Source: Candidatus Nomurabacteria bacterium
GTDB taxonomy: Bacteria; Patescibacteriota; Minisyncoccia; Phycocordibacterales; UBA9973
Assembly: GCA_023267375.1 (NCBI GenBank)
Contig: JAHFNJ010000001.1
Location: 21,878 to 85,877 of the forward strand
Reading direction: 5' to 3'
Length of the DNA: 64,000 bases
The notes under the pieces were generated by a model. It worked only from the letters and a program-made list of their open reading frames with translations, was not told where the DNA came from and ran no database searches. Below, one piece after another: positions 1 to 9,336 of this stretch (its first letter is position 1; the number at the start of each line of letters is the position of its first letter). The position numbers were made by a program, and so were the translations under genes.

Positions 1-214
1 GGTCGCCAGTTCGGACACATTTTTGGATATCGGCGATACGAGTACCTGCGGGATGTTTCTGTCCTAACAAATACGGCACGAGTGGCTGCATGCCGGCAGT
101 ATTAAAAAGCACCGAAGGATCATTTTCGGGCACAAGCGAAGCTGAGGGAATAATTGCATGGCCTCGCTTCTCAAAAAACTCTAGAAATCGTTTCCGTATC
201 TCATCTGAATGCAT
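1..214 (-). CDS. alaS: alanyl-tRNA synthetase, N-terminal fragment (the gene continues beyond the window start)
   Basis: Minus-strand translation from the ATG at 214 gives [61 protein letters not shown]. This is a typical AlaRS N-terminus. No ORF-track entry exists because the ORF is cut off by the window edge. Confidence 0.6.
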   Translation of the reverse strand, partial: MHSDEIRKRFLEFFEKRGHAIIPSASLVPENDPSVLFNTAGMQPLVPYLLGQKHPAGTRIADIQKCVRTGD

Positions 215-217
215 ATA

Positions 218-697
218 TTAGTTTTTTTGATCTGGAGGAAATTGTTCAGACATTTTTCTGATCGGCTTTTCCAAAAGATTAAGGACGGTAAGAATAAAAA
301 GTACAAGAACAGTAACAATAATGGCAAGACTAAAGTAGCCAAATCCAGAAGCAATACCGATACTTGCAGAAACCCAGAGTCCCGAAGCGGTCGTTAACCC
401 TGCAATATGTGCTCCATGTTCCCGAAGAATGATCATACCTGCTCCCAAAAAGCCAACGCCTACAATAATCTGGGAAGCGATACGAGAAGGATCAAAACCA
501 GAGAGCCCTGGATGATTGAGAGGAATCATTTCTCCAATAAGCACAAACACCGCTGCTCCTAAAGCTACCAGTGCATGCGTCTTCATTCCTGCTTCTTTGT
601 GGACAAAAAGTCGTTCAGCTCCGATTGCCATACCTAAAACCATTGCAATGCCCAGTCGGGTAATAATATCACTATTGGTAATTAAAAATTGATGCAT
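218..697 (-). CDS. MgtC/SapB family membrane protein
   Basis: 159 aa and hydrophobic. The motifs MVLGMAIGAERLFVHKEAGMKTHALVALGAAVFVLIG and ASGLWVSASIGIASGFG are typical of MgtC. Confidence 0.65.
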   Translation of the reverse strand: MHQFLITNSDIITRLGIAMVLGMAIGAERLFVHKEAGMKTHALVALGAAVFVLIGEMIPLNHPGLSGFDPSRIASQIIVGVGFLGAGMIILREHGAHIAGLTTASGLWVSASIGIASGFGYFSLAIIVTVLVLFILTVLNLLEKPIRKMSEQFPPDQKN

Positions 698-711
698 GAA
701 ATTTATTGTAA

Positions 712-1137
712 TTATTTAGTAATGTTCAAATATCCTCTTACTTTTTCAACAAGTTCATCAAGCGTAAAGTTTGCCTTAATGACGTACTCTTGCACCCCAA
801 GCTCTTGTGCTCTATCGATATACTTCTGTTCACCGAGATTTGAGAAAATAATGACAGGAATACGCGCAAACGTAGCATTTGCTTTTATCTCCTTCAAGAT
901 CTCAAACCCATCCATACCAGGAAGCATAATATCCAAAATAATAATGTCGGGGAGTATCCCCTTATTGATAAGATAATCAAAAGCCTGAACGCTGCTTGGC
1001 GCAGGCATAGTTTGGAAACCTTCTGTAAGGAATTTCCTTGAAATAAGATCCTGAATAAACTGGTCGTCTTCGATTATCATCACCTTGGGTGGCATAGTTC
1101 TTTTATTATAGAGTGTATTACCCGCTCCGGCAAGCAA
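712..1137 (-). CDS. stand-alone response-regulator receiver domain (CheY-like)
   Basis: VMIIEDDQFIQDLISRKF..DIIILDIMLPGMDGFEILKEIK..IPVIIFSNLG matches the receiver-domain D/D/K signature. The true start is probably the internal MPPKV. Confidence 0.7.
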   Translation of the reverse strand: MLAGAGNTLYNKRTMPPKVMIIEDDQFIQDLISRKFLTEGFQTMPAPSSVQAFDYLINKGILPDIIILDIMLPGMDGFEILKEIKANATFARIPVIIFSNLGEQKYIDRAQELGVQEYVIKANFTLDELVEKVRGYLNITK

Positions 1138-2250
1138 CTAGGCCACGACGCCACCACCAACACAAACGGCTCCATCAAAAATAACGATTGATTGCCCAGG
1201 AGAAACAAGCTCTGGTTTTTTAAAAATAATATCAGCAGACGTTTCGCCGGTGACAGCAATAGTTACCGGAAGGAATTCACCATGGTAGCGAATTTGGGCA
1301 CGATATTTTTTTGAACCAGGGATACCGCTAATCCAATTCGTATGCGTCAACGAGATCGTACTGCCGGCAGTGTCGAGTAGCGAGAGCTTCTCATGAGAAA
1401 CAGTTACTGTATTTTTCAAGATATCTTTTGCTACCACATAATAAGGTGCCTCTGTCGCGGTTTTTTTTGTTACCGTAAAACCATGCCGCGTACCGAGCGT
1501 CAAAAAGACAGCACCATCATGCTCTCCAATAACCATACCATCCCGATCAAGAACTACTCCTTTTTTGGGGTGAATATAGTGTGAAAGAAAATCCTTCATA
1601 TCAAGTGGCCCCAAGAAACAAACACCTTGGCTGTCTTTTTTCTCTGCAGTAGGAAGACCATATTTCTCGGCAAGCTTTCGTACATACGGTTTTTTAAAAC
1701 CCCCAACAGGAAATAAAATGTGTGCAAGATCTTCTTGCTGTAGTGTCCAAAGAAAGTAACTCTGATCTTTTGCAGGATCGGCACCCATTTGTAATGTATT
1801 ACTATTTTTTTGTATTTTGTTTTGGGCATAGTGTCCTGTGGCAATATAGTCTGCCCCTTTTGCTTTTGCCCACTTCCAAAAAGCACCAAATTTCACCTCT
1901 CGATTACAAGCAACATCAGGATTTGGTGTTCGTCCCTCTTTGTATTCACGGATCATGTAATCAGCAACGCCTTCTTTATATTCTTTTTCCAGATCACATT
2001 CTAAGAACGGAATATCAAGATGCGCAGCAACGCGCATCGCGTCACGCCGTTCGCTTCGCCACGTACAGTCAATGAAATCGGGAGTCCAAGTGCGAATAAA
2101 AACTCCGACGACTTTGTAGCCCTCGTTCTTCAAAAGTGCAGCAGAAACAGAAGAATCCACGCCTCCGGAAAGACCGACAAAAACAGTGCCTTTTTTATTT
2201 TTTAATTTATGAGACATTGTATTATTAGTAAGTACGTTCATTTGAAACAA
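1138..2250 (-). CDS. mnmA: tRNA-specific 2-thiouridylase MnmA
   Basis: VFVGLSGGVDSSVSAALL PP-loop, and the whole protein aligns with MnmA. The start may be the internal MSHKLKNKK, 11 codons downstream of the ORF's first ATG. Confidence 0.85.
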   Translation of the reverse strand: MFQMNVLTNNTMSHKLKNKKGTVFVGLSGGVDSSVSAALLKNEGYKVVGVFIRTWTPDFIDCTWRSERRDAMRVAAHLDIPFLECDLEKEYKEGVADYMIREYKEGRTPNPDVACNREVKFGAFWKWAKAKGADYIATGHYAQNKIQKNSNTLQMGADPAKDQSYFLWTLQQEDLAHILFPVGGFKKPYVRKLAEKYGLPTAEKKDSQGVCFLGPLDMKDFLSHYIHPKKGVVLDRDGMVIGEHDGAVFLTLGTRHGFTVTKKTATEAPYYVVAKDILKNTVTVSHEKLSLLDTAGSTISLTHTNWISGIPGSKKYRAQIRYHGEFLPVTIAVTGETSADIIFKKPELVSPGQSIVIFDGAVCVGGGVVA

Positions 2251-2386
2251 TAACCTAGAAGCAGGCTCAGCTCCTTTGAGCGAGACTTTCCCTTTTTAGA
2301 ACATTGCGCAGTGCGTCGGCACGAGCATAGCGATTTTTCAACAGAAAAATACGCGTGTTCTCAAAAAGGGACAGGTAAGCGTATTT

Positions 2387-2653
2387 TTAGGATTTTGCAT
2401 AGAGGTCTTTTGTGACAAGTGCCTGGAGGGCTAGTCCACCCAGAAGACCAAAGAGGATACTATTATAGAACCCAAACAAAATCAACAAAATAAGCAAGAG
2501 AGCCGCAAGGTGTCCGTGATTAAAATGGACAATGTAAGCATAGATACGCACGTTTACGACTCGTAAAAATGCACGCTTCCCTAGTTTTCGCTGAGAAAAA
2601 AGCATGCCGATAATAAATCCTATTATGAAACTCAGTACAAATTGTGCGTACAT
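2387..2653 (-). CDS. hypothetical small membrane protein
   Basis: 88 aa with two predicted TM helices and no recognisable motif. Confidence 0.3.
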   Translation of the reverse strand: MYAQFVLSFIIGFIIGMLFSQRKLGKRAFLRVVNVRIYAYIVHFNHGHLAALLLILLILFGFYNSILFGLLGGLALQALVTKDLYAKS

Positions 2654-2797
2654 CCGGTAGTGAAAAATGGCATTATTGATTTCTGCTATTTTTTATTGAT
2701 GATAATGAATTGTCATAATTGTATAGTATGCCTATTCTCAGTCAATGCTCAGACTTTTCGTCTGAGCCATGCCATTTTCTACTACCGGATACATTTT

Positions 2798-3361
2798 TTA
2801 TAAAACAATTAATTTCTTATAGAGTTCAAAAGTTGCCCGAGCATCAGAGAGCGCACGATGCGAATGTTCATTTGCAATACCAAAATACTCACAGAGCGAG
2901 CGGAGCGAATATTTTTCAATCGTTTCATTCAAATTCAATTTCGCAAATGCGATCGAGATGGTGTCGAGTTTGAGATAATGCATTTGATTCCCGTATCCAG
3001 TCGACTTCAATACTTTGTCAAGAAAAGCAGAGTCAAAAGAAACATTGTGCCCGACCATAATCGCACCAACAGTCTTTTCAGAAAAAAGCTTCATTGCCTC
3101 TTCTTTTGAAATAGCATCTACCCATTCTTCATTAGTATAGCCATTTACCCGAAGCGACACAGGGTCAGCAGTACCCAACTGTTCTGGTTTTATCTTTATA
3201 TCAAACTCATCGAAAACACGAAAAGACGGCACTCCATCTTCTGTGTCCCAATCTTGCTCGACAAGCACGCAACCGATTTCAATTATTTCATGGCGCTCGA
3301 CATCGAGCCCGGTTGTTTCGGTATCGATGAAGGCGAGCCGTTGTTGTTTCATTTGGGTCAT
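2798..3361 (-). CDS. DEDDh 3'-5' exonuclease (DNA pol III epsilon-like)
   Basis: FIDTETTGLD (Exo I), GHNVSFDSAFL (Exo II) and HRALSDA (Exo III). Confidence 0.75.
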   Translation of the reverse strand: MTQMKQQRLAFIDTETTGLDVERHEIIEIGCVLVEQDWDTEDGVPSFRVFDEFDIKIKPEQLGTADPVSLRVNGYTNEEWVDAISKEEAMKLFSEKTVGAIMVGHNVSFDSAFLDKVLKSTGYGNQMHYLKLDTISIAFAKLNLNETIEKYSLRSLCEYFGIANEHSHRALSDARATFELYKKLIVL

Positions 3362-3366
3362 AAGAG

Positions 3367-4362
3367 CTACTTCAAATAGAGCGTTTGATTCTTCTTATGC
3401 TCCTCGAATGTTGTAGCGTAGTGAATTGTACCATTTGCATCGTGGAGATAAAACAGGTAGGGCGTCTTTGCCGGATGCGCAGCCGCTTTAAGCGACGCCA
3501 GCCCAGGATTGGCGATCGGAGCAGGAGGTAGCCCTGTATGGATATACGTATTGTACGGAGAATCAATTTTTAAGTCAGTAAGGGTAAGCTCGCTTGATGA
3601 TTTGCCAGTTATAAACGAAAGTGTGGCATCGGCTCCAAGCGGCATCCTTTTTGCTAAACGATTCATAAAAATGCCTGCAATCGTCGCGCGATCCGAGTCC
3701 CCCGCTGCCTCTTTTTCAACGATTGAAGCAAGGATTACCATATCAGCAAACTGGTTTGTGTTCATGTTTTTAAATTCTTTCGTTGCTACCAAAAAATTAT
3801 CTTCAAGTGTTTGCACAACAACTTCTGTTGTTGCTCCTGGAAAAAAGAAGTACGTGTCGGGGAATAAATACCCCTCCTTCCCTTCTGTTTGTTTTAAAAA
3901 TGTTTCAACGGAGAAGCCATCTAGTTTCTGAGATAAAACTTTCGCCATCTCAGATCTGGTCAGCCCTTCAGGAAGTGTTACTTTCACCATAGGAAGATTG
4001 TGATTCTTACTTGCAATCATTTCCGCAACAAGCACAACTGACGGCCGTGTGTCGAACAGATAATCGCCAGGCGCAATTTTTTTCTCACCACCAAACAAGA
4101 CCACAAAAAATTTAAAAACAAGGACTGAACGAATCACCTGAGCGCTCGCCAATGCTTCGCCAGCTTGCGTCAACGAAGAACCCTCTGCAATCGTGACGGT
4201 AGTTCCTTTTACAAACGCACCCGGAGGAGTAATGAGAGAGAAGTACGCCACAAAAACAGCTAGGCAGAAAAAGAAAGCGATAGTTGCTTTTCTTTTTCCT
4301 GGGCGCAACTTTTCTATGCCATAATCGTGTGGATTAATATGGGATGGTTGAGTATCGTTCAT
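3367..4362 (-). CDS. mltG: endolytic murein transglycosylase MltG (YceG family)
   Basis: N-terminal TM helix, then YceG motifs (ASIVEKEA, MPLGADATL, YNTYIHTGLPPAPIANPG). The start was moved to the internal MNDTQ. The longer ORF would overlap the upstream gene by 110 bp. Confidence 0.8.
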   Translation of the reverse strand: MNDTQPSHINPHDYGIEKLRPGKRKATIAFFFCLAVFVAYFSLITPPGAFVKGTTVTIAEGSSLTQAGEALASAQVIRSVLVFKFFVVLFGGEKKIAPGDYLFDTRPSVVLVAEMIASKNHNLPMVKVTLPEGLTRSEMAKVLSQKLDGFSVETFLKQTEGKEGYLFPDTYFFFPGATTEVVVQTLEDNFLVATKEFKNMNTNQFADMVILASIVEKEAAGDSDRATIAGIFMNRLAKRMPLGADATLSFITGKSSSELTLTDLKIDSPYNTYIHTGLPPAPIANPGLASLKAAAHPAKTPYLFYLHDANGTIHYATTFEEHKKNQTLYLK

Positions 4363-4372
4363 GAAATGATGC

Positions 4373-5686
4373 CTACATTGGCAAGTTGTGTGGTGGTTCT
4401 GATTTACGAGATTCAAGACGACGGAAGGTAGGTGTTTCAGATACACGACCGGGGAAGTGATAGAGTGTGGCGAGTTCTTCACTAGACATCACCATAATCT
4501 CTGGCTTTTGAGATGGAAAGAAATTCTCCAAAAAACCGTACGAAAATGTATCACGAATACGTAAATAAAAGAAAGCGCGCAATTTATATTTCTGGAGCAT
4601 ATCGCGCTTCAATTTTGTTTCTACCTTCCCCGTAATGTCTTGCCATGGATCATCCGCGTAGTTTGTCTTGTTTACGCGCTGAAATCCATTCAAGGTGTTG
4701 CTCTCATAACTCTTCAGCATCAATTCAATACCTTTTGAGGTGTATTTGTGGTAATTTTCTTTTTTGGCGATATAGAGAACACGAATACCTACATCAAACG
4801 GCAATTTATTTAAATTGCGTTCAATAGAAAAAATAATTTCTCGCTGCCCTTTCGTCATACCAGCTGGAGACTTCCCTTCTTCTTCATCATCTTCAACCGC
4901 ATGACTTGACCCCTTTGAGTACTTTTCTTTCAACTCATCGATCACGTGTTCCGCCTCTTCCATATACCCGTGGTGTCCATGAAAAAAGTGGTACAGATAT
5001 TCTGACTGTTGCGCACGAATAACGATCTGATACCAAATTTGTTCGCCTTTTCCAATCGAACCCATAAGCTCGATCTGACTTGTAATCGGATCAATACGTT
5101 CCTGTTCAGTATCTTCACCGGTTGTTTTATCAAGACCGTAGTCAACATACGTTTTTATAGGATAGACATTCGATTTTCTGAAACCAAATTCCGTTCCCCA
5201 CACTTCCCAACCATTTCCTTTTTCATACGGTGGCACGTTACTCGTATAGTCCGGAACGTCATGGATTTCGGCTTGTGGATATTGCGCATATATTTGTGAT
5301 TCTACTTCGCGGCGCAAACGCGATGGAGTCCAAATAAAAAAATACACTCTTCCTTCGATCGATACAATTTCCAAAGAAAACCAAATGCGAACGAGCCCTA
5401 GCCAAAATCGTTCATAAAATGTACCAAGACCACTTGTTTGATAAAACGCATTCGTTAAAATAACTTCCATTGCAAGCGGTGATTTATACACATCTTTCGG
5501 AAGCTGTATCTGTAAGAGTGTCCACTTCAATTTTGAAATATACACTTCACGAACATAGTGAATCCAGAAGCGGACTGCCGCATACCAAAAGAACCAGAGA
5601 AAAACAAATGGGATAATCCATCGTATGATGGCAACAATATAGAAAAGAAGTGAGTGGGTTATTTGAGAAACACCAATATCGAGCAT
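4373..5686 (-). CDS. hypothetical membrane protein (two N-terminal TM helices plus a large soluble domain)
   Basis: 437-aa ORF tightly packed between mltG and the next gene. No motif I can name. Confidence 0.5.
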   Translation of the reverse strand: MLDIGVSQITHSLLFYIVAIIRWIIPFVFLWFFWYAAVRFWIHYVREVYISKLKWTLLQIQLPKDVYKSPLAMEVILTNAFYQTSGLGTFYERFWLGLVRIWFSLEIVSIEGRVYFFIWTPSRLRREVESQIYAQYPQAEIHDVPDYTSNVPPYEKGNGWEVWGTEFGFRKSNVYPIKTYVDYGLDKTTGEDTEQERIDPITSQIELMGSIGKGEQIWYQIVIRAQQSEYLYHFFHGHHGYMEEAEHVIDELKEKYSKGSSHAVEDDEEEGKSPAGMTKGQREIIFSIERNLNKLPFDVGIRVLYIAKKENYHKYTSKGIELMLKSYESNTLNGFQRVNKTNYADDPWQDITGKVETKLKRDMLQKYKLRAFFYLRIRDTFSYGFLENFFPSQKPEIMVMSSEELATLYHFPGRVSETPTFRRLESRKSEPPHNLPM

Positions 5687-5704
5687 ATATAATTATTATA
5701 GCAT

Positions 5705-6202
5705 TTAGAATGAAACAGGCACATCAACAACACTTGGATGCCGACCGTGATCGCTTGATATATATATGTGTACCGTGGATGTTTGCAGGTCACCGAGAAT
5801 TGAAGGAATTGTCGTTTCAAAATATGCAGGTAGATTAAAATTCGAATCCTTGCGCAAAAGCGGATACTCTGCACTGATAAGTTGCCCGCGCTCATTTAAG
5901 ATCTTCACGTAACCAACAGTAATCGGCGCATTGTTCCAACCGCAGCCGTTTATATAACCACGAACAGTAATAGGCATCTGAACTTGCTGATTCGGCATTG
6001 GATCAAGTACGGTGATTCCACACGGCAAATGAGTCGGTCGTTCAAACTTAAGTGGACGTGAGCGTTCAGGAACTTGATAGGGATTCGTATTAGTACTAAC
6101 TACAGAATGCTTTACTGCAAAAAAACCAAAGAGAAGTAATATTAAAACTACTCCGACAAGAATGAGTATGACGTGCGTGAACCCCCTCGTGCCATTTTTC
6201 AT
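5705..6202 (-). CDS. hypothetical protein with N-terminal membrane anchor (possibly an Ig-like Gmad2-type domain)
   Basis: 165 aa. One TM helix followed by a beta-rich domain containing ...GCGWNNAPITVGYVKI... Confidence 0.4.
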   Translation of the reverse strand: MKNGTRGFTHVILILVGVVLILLLFGFFAVKHSVVSTNTNPYQVPERSRPLKFERPTHLPCGITVLDPMPNQQVQMPITVRGYINGCGWNNAPITVGYVKILNERGQLISAEYPLLRKDSNFNLPAYFETTIPSILGDLQTSTVHIYISSDHGRHPSVVDVPVSF

Positions 6203-6249
6203 AGATGATTCAAGTATAACAAAAATCTCCCGAAAAGGGAGATTTTTGT

Positions 6250-7278
6250 TTACGCTACACTATAGAGTCCGTTTTTATTCTTCTTGAAATATTTTGGATT
6301 CTGCAGATTGACGAGGATTGTATTTTTCTTAAGAAAACGTTCTTTGGAAACCTTATCGACAACATCATCTTTCGAGAGCGGTCCTTCTTTTTTCAAAATT
6401 TCCTTGATGACATCGCGGACAATTCCTTTTTTATATCCCCATTCAGAGAGTCCGTAAGTACCGCGACCAACCAACACGAAACGCCCATCTTTAATAAGTT
6501 CATTGTGACAGGTAGCCGTGTGACATTTCTTGTTGAACGTATCACCGATAGCTTTTGCAACTTCACGGAAGTGCATTGGTGAACCATGTTTTCGCATCAT
6601 AAGGAATGCGTAATCTTTGATACCGCGAGTCTTCACATTTGAAGATTCTGCCTTACCCCATTCACCGAGTGGATTGCGATTTATATTTTTTGAAATGTTC
6701 AACCAGCGACGAGCGATTTCTTCATTGCGGTATTTATCAGAAACGTTCTTGATGTTCTCAAGAAATCGACTGATCAAATCAGATTCGGAAATGAGTTCAT
6801 CATCAGAAAGAGAACTGTAGAGTTTGCGAAGTGACTCATGCACTTCTTTTGAAATTTCATCATCAACACTCCAGCGTGCACGGAACTCTTCATCTTCTTT
6901 TTCTTTCTTAAATTCGTCACCCAAGACGAGATAGAGGTGGATGTGGTTCTGCGTAGCTTTATCAGAAGAGAGATGTTCAAGGAAATCATCCTCAGAGACA
7001 ACGGCACCAAGCTCATGCATAGCAGTTTTGAGTTCTTCAAACGCCTGAGTTGCTTCCTTAAATGTTTCAGACTTTTTAACAGCAGCGAGCGCAGCGTTTT
7101 CAATCTGACGAACACGCTCACGAGTAATACCATATTTTTGACCGATAGCTTCAAGCGTCTTTCGTTCTGCATCTTCACCTAAACCGAAACGATTAAAGAC
7201 CACATCGTACGCGCGGTTCTGAAGTGGTGAGAGAATCTTTTTAGTAACTTGCTTAGGTTTGAAGGAAATTTTTGCCAT
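6250..7278 (-). CDS. DNA-binding protein: sigma-70 region-4-like HTH plus a C-terminal HARE-HTH domain
   Basis: N-terminal LEAIGQKYGITRERVRQIENAALAAVKK is a sigma-70 region 4 HTH. C-terminal ...MHFREVAKAIGD..GRFVLVGRGTYGLSEW is HARE-HTH-like, as in the RpoE delta N-terminal domain. Confidence 0.6.
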   Translation of the reverse strand: MAKISFKPKQVTKKILSPLQNRAYDVVFNRFGLGEDAERKTLEAIGQKYGITRERVRQIENAALAAVKKSETFKEATQAFEELKTAMHELGAVVSEDDFLEHLSSDKATQNHIHLYLVLGDEFKKEKEDEEFRARWSVDDEISKEVHESLRKLYSSLSDDELISESDLISRFLENIKNVSDKYRNEEIARRWLNISKNINRNPLGEWGKAESSNVKTRGIKDYAFLMMRKHGSPMHFREVAKAIGDTFNKKCHTATCHNELIKDGRFVLVGRGTYGLSEWGYKKGIVRDVIKEILKKEGPLSKDDVVDKVSKERFLKKNTILVNLQNPKYFKKNKNGLYSVA

Positions 7279-7332
7279 TTGTTTTATAAAATTAACGCTT
7301 ATAAAATATGATATTTATTAATCGGTGAACCC

Positions 7333-7360
7333 ATTCTACACTATGGTAAAAAATTGTCAA
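7333..7360 (-). promoter_or_regulatory. sigma-70-type promoter for the 6250..7278 gene
   Basis: The minus strand reads TTGACA, a 16-nt spacer, then TAGAAT. It lies about 50 nt upstream of the start codon at 7278. Confidence 0.4.
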
Positions 7361-7421
7361 CTATTTTTAAAACCCTTATTTAACAAGCTTTTTCTGTGAT
7401 TTCCCCCTTCCGCCAAACGAG

Positions 7422-9206
7422 CTATGACTTACTTTTGGCCTTATTTCGAGCCTGTTCATTAAGGTATTTTTTGCGTAGACGGACTGACCCAGGAGTGATT
7501 TCTAAGTATTCATCGTCAGCCATCACCTCAAGACCGCGCTCAATTGAGAGCGTATATGGAGGAGTCACAGTAATTGCTTCATCAGAACCAGATGCGCGCA
7601 TGTTGGTAAGCTGTTTTCCTTTAATCGGATTTACCGCGAGTTCTCCACCTTTGAGCACGTTACCGATAACCATACCTTCATACACTTCAGTACCGTGGCC
7701 GATATAGAGCAATCCGCGATCCTGCAAATTCCAGAGCGCAAAAGCAACCGCTTTACCAGCAATCATTGAAGTCATTGAACCAACATCTCGGCTCTTAATT
7801 TCTCCGGCATATGGACGGAAGCCAACTACGCGTGAAGACATAATCCCCTCGCCTTTGGTATCGATAACGAACATCCCTCGGTAGCCCAAAAGTCCGCGAG
7901 TTGGAATTTCAAATGAAAGTCGGGCAATTCCCTCTTTCTCATGCATCGCGGTCATAAGACCACGGCGGCGAGTAAGCTTTTCGATAACGGCGCCAGACAT
8001 TTCTTGTGGTACATCGATACTTACCTCTTCATACGGTTCCATTTTCTCCCCATCAACTTCTTTGATGATAACTTTTGGCTGTGACACCTGGAGTTCATAT
8101 CCTTCACGACGCATATTTTCAAGCAACACAGAAATGTGGAGTTCTCCACGTCCATAGACTTTGAAAAATTCACCTGAGTCGAAATCAACTTTCAATCCGA
8201 CGTTTATTTCAAGTTCACGTTCAAGACGCTCGCGAATCTGGCGAGAAGTAACAAATTTTCCTTCGCGACCAGCAAACGGTGAATCATTCACCAAAAATTC
8301 AAGCGAGATAGTCGGCTCATCAATTGCAATCGCAGGCATTGCAGGTGTTGCTTCATCAATAACAAGTGTTTCGCCGATGTAAATGTCAGGAATACCCGCA
8401 ACGATAGCAATTTCACCAGAGTTGATTGAATCTACTTCAGTACGTGCAATTCCTTCAAAATTGAATAGCTTCGTGATTTTTGCCTTACGTGATACACCAT
8501 CACTACTCTTTACGATAATAGGATCACTGGCCTTTATTGACCCACTGTAGACACGCACGATAGCAAGACGTCCCAAGAAGTTGTCATAGCCCAAGTTAAA
8601 TACTTGTGCTGAAAAAGACTTTTCAAGATCAACCGATGCAACAGGAACTTCTTCGAGTATCAAATCAAGCAACGGAGTGAGGTCTTTGCGTTCATCTTCG
8701 AGATTTTTCATAGCAACACCCTGTCGTCCGATAGCGTAAATGGTTTTGAAATCAATCTGTTCGTTTGTTGCGCCAAGTTCGATAAAGAGTTCCAAGATTT
8801 CATCGTGCGCCCGTGCTGGATCGGCTGCAGGCTTATCGATTTTGTTTAAAACGACGATCGGCTTCAATCCAAGCTCTAATGATTTCTTGAGCACAAAGCG
8901 AGTCTGCGGCATCGGACCTTCTTGTGCATCAACAACAAGAAGCACGTCGTCGATAGCACGAAGTACGCGTTCAACTTCTGAACCGAAGTCAGCGTGACCA
9001 GGAGTGTCTACGATGTTAATTTTTGTACCCTTATAGTTAACAGAAGTATTTTTTGCGTAAATAGTGATGCCACGCTCTTGCTCAAGTGCGTTTGAGTCCA
9101 TTGTTACACCCTCTTCAACCATTCCACACTGACGCATAAGCGCATCAGTAAGAGTTGTCTTGCCGTGGTCCACGTGAGCAATAATCGCAATGTTTCGAAT
9201 ATCCAT
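7422..9206 (-). CDS. typA: translational GTPase TypA/BipA
   Basis: AIIAHVDHGKTTL, DTPGHADF, NKID, and full-length similarity to BipA. Confidence 0.9.
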   Translation of the reverse strand: MDIRNIAIIAHVDHGKTTLTDALMRQCGMVEEGVTMDSNALEQERGITIYAKNTSVNYKGTKINIVDTPGHADFGSEVERVLRAIDDVLLVVDAQEGPMPQTRFVLKKSLELGLKPIVVLNKIDKPAADPARAHDEILELFIELGATNEQIDFKTIYAIGRQGVAMKNLEDERKDLTPLLDLILEEVPVASVDLEKSFSAQVFNLGYDNFLGRLAIVRVYSGSIKASDPIIVKSSDGVSRKAKITKLFNFEGIARTEVDSINSGEIAIVAGIPDIYIGETLVIDEATPAMPAIAIDEPTISLEFLVNDSPFAGREGKFVTSRQIRERLERELEINVGLKVDFDSGEFFKVYGRGELHISVLLENMRREGYELQVSQPKVIIKEVDGEKMEPYEEVSIDVPQEMSGAVIEKLTRRRGLMTAMHEKEGIARLSFEIPTRGLLGYRGMFVIDTKGEGIMSSRVVGFRPYAGEIKSRDVGSMTSMIAGKAVAFALWNLQDRGLLYIGHGTEVYEGMVIGNVLKGGELAVNPIKGKQLTNMRASGSDEAITVTPPYTLSIERGLEVMADDEYLEITPGSVRLRKKYLNEQARNKAKSKS

Positions 9207-9336
9207 GAAAAAGTAAATAAGTAAGCTTGTAAATTGGTAATCTAGAAAATAAAAAAGCCCTTACGGCTTGTTTTGTGTAGCTACTATACCAGCAAAAATG
9301 AATTGGTGCAAGACTGTGGCAGTCGTGTCAATTACC

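Noticed and set aside
4363-4482. N-terminal 40 codons of the long mltG ORF
   Set aside because: Would overlap the upstream gene by 110 bp. The internal Met followed by the TM helix is the more plausible start.
6774-7178. 134-aa ORF within the HARE-HTH gene in another frame
   Set aside because: Same-strand overlapping frame with a K/L/R-rich low-complexity translation. The long frame has recognisable domains.
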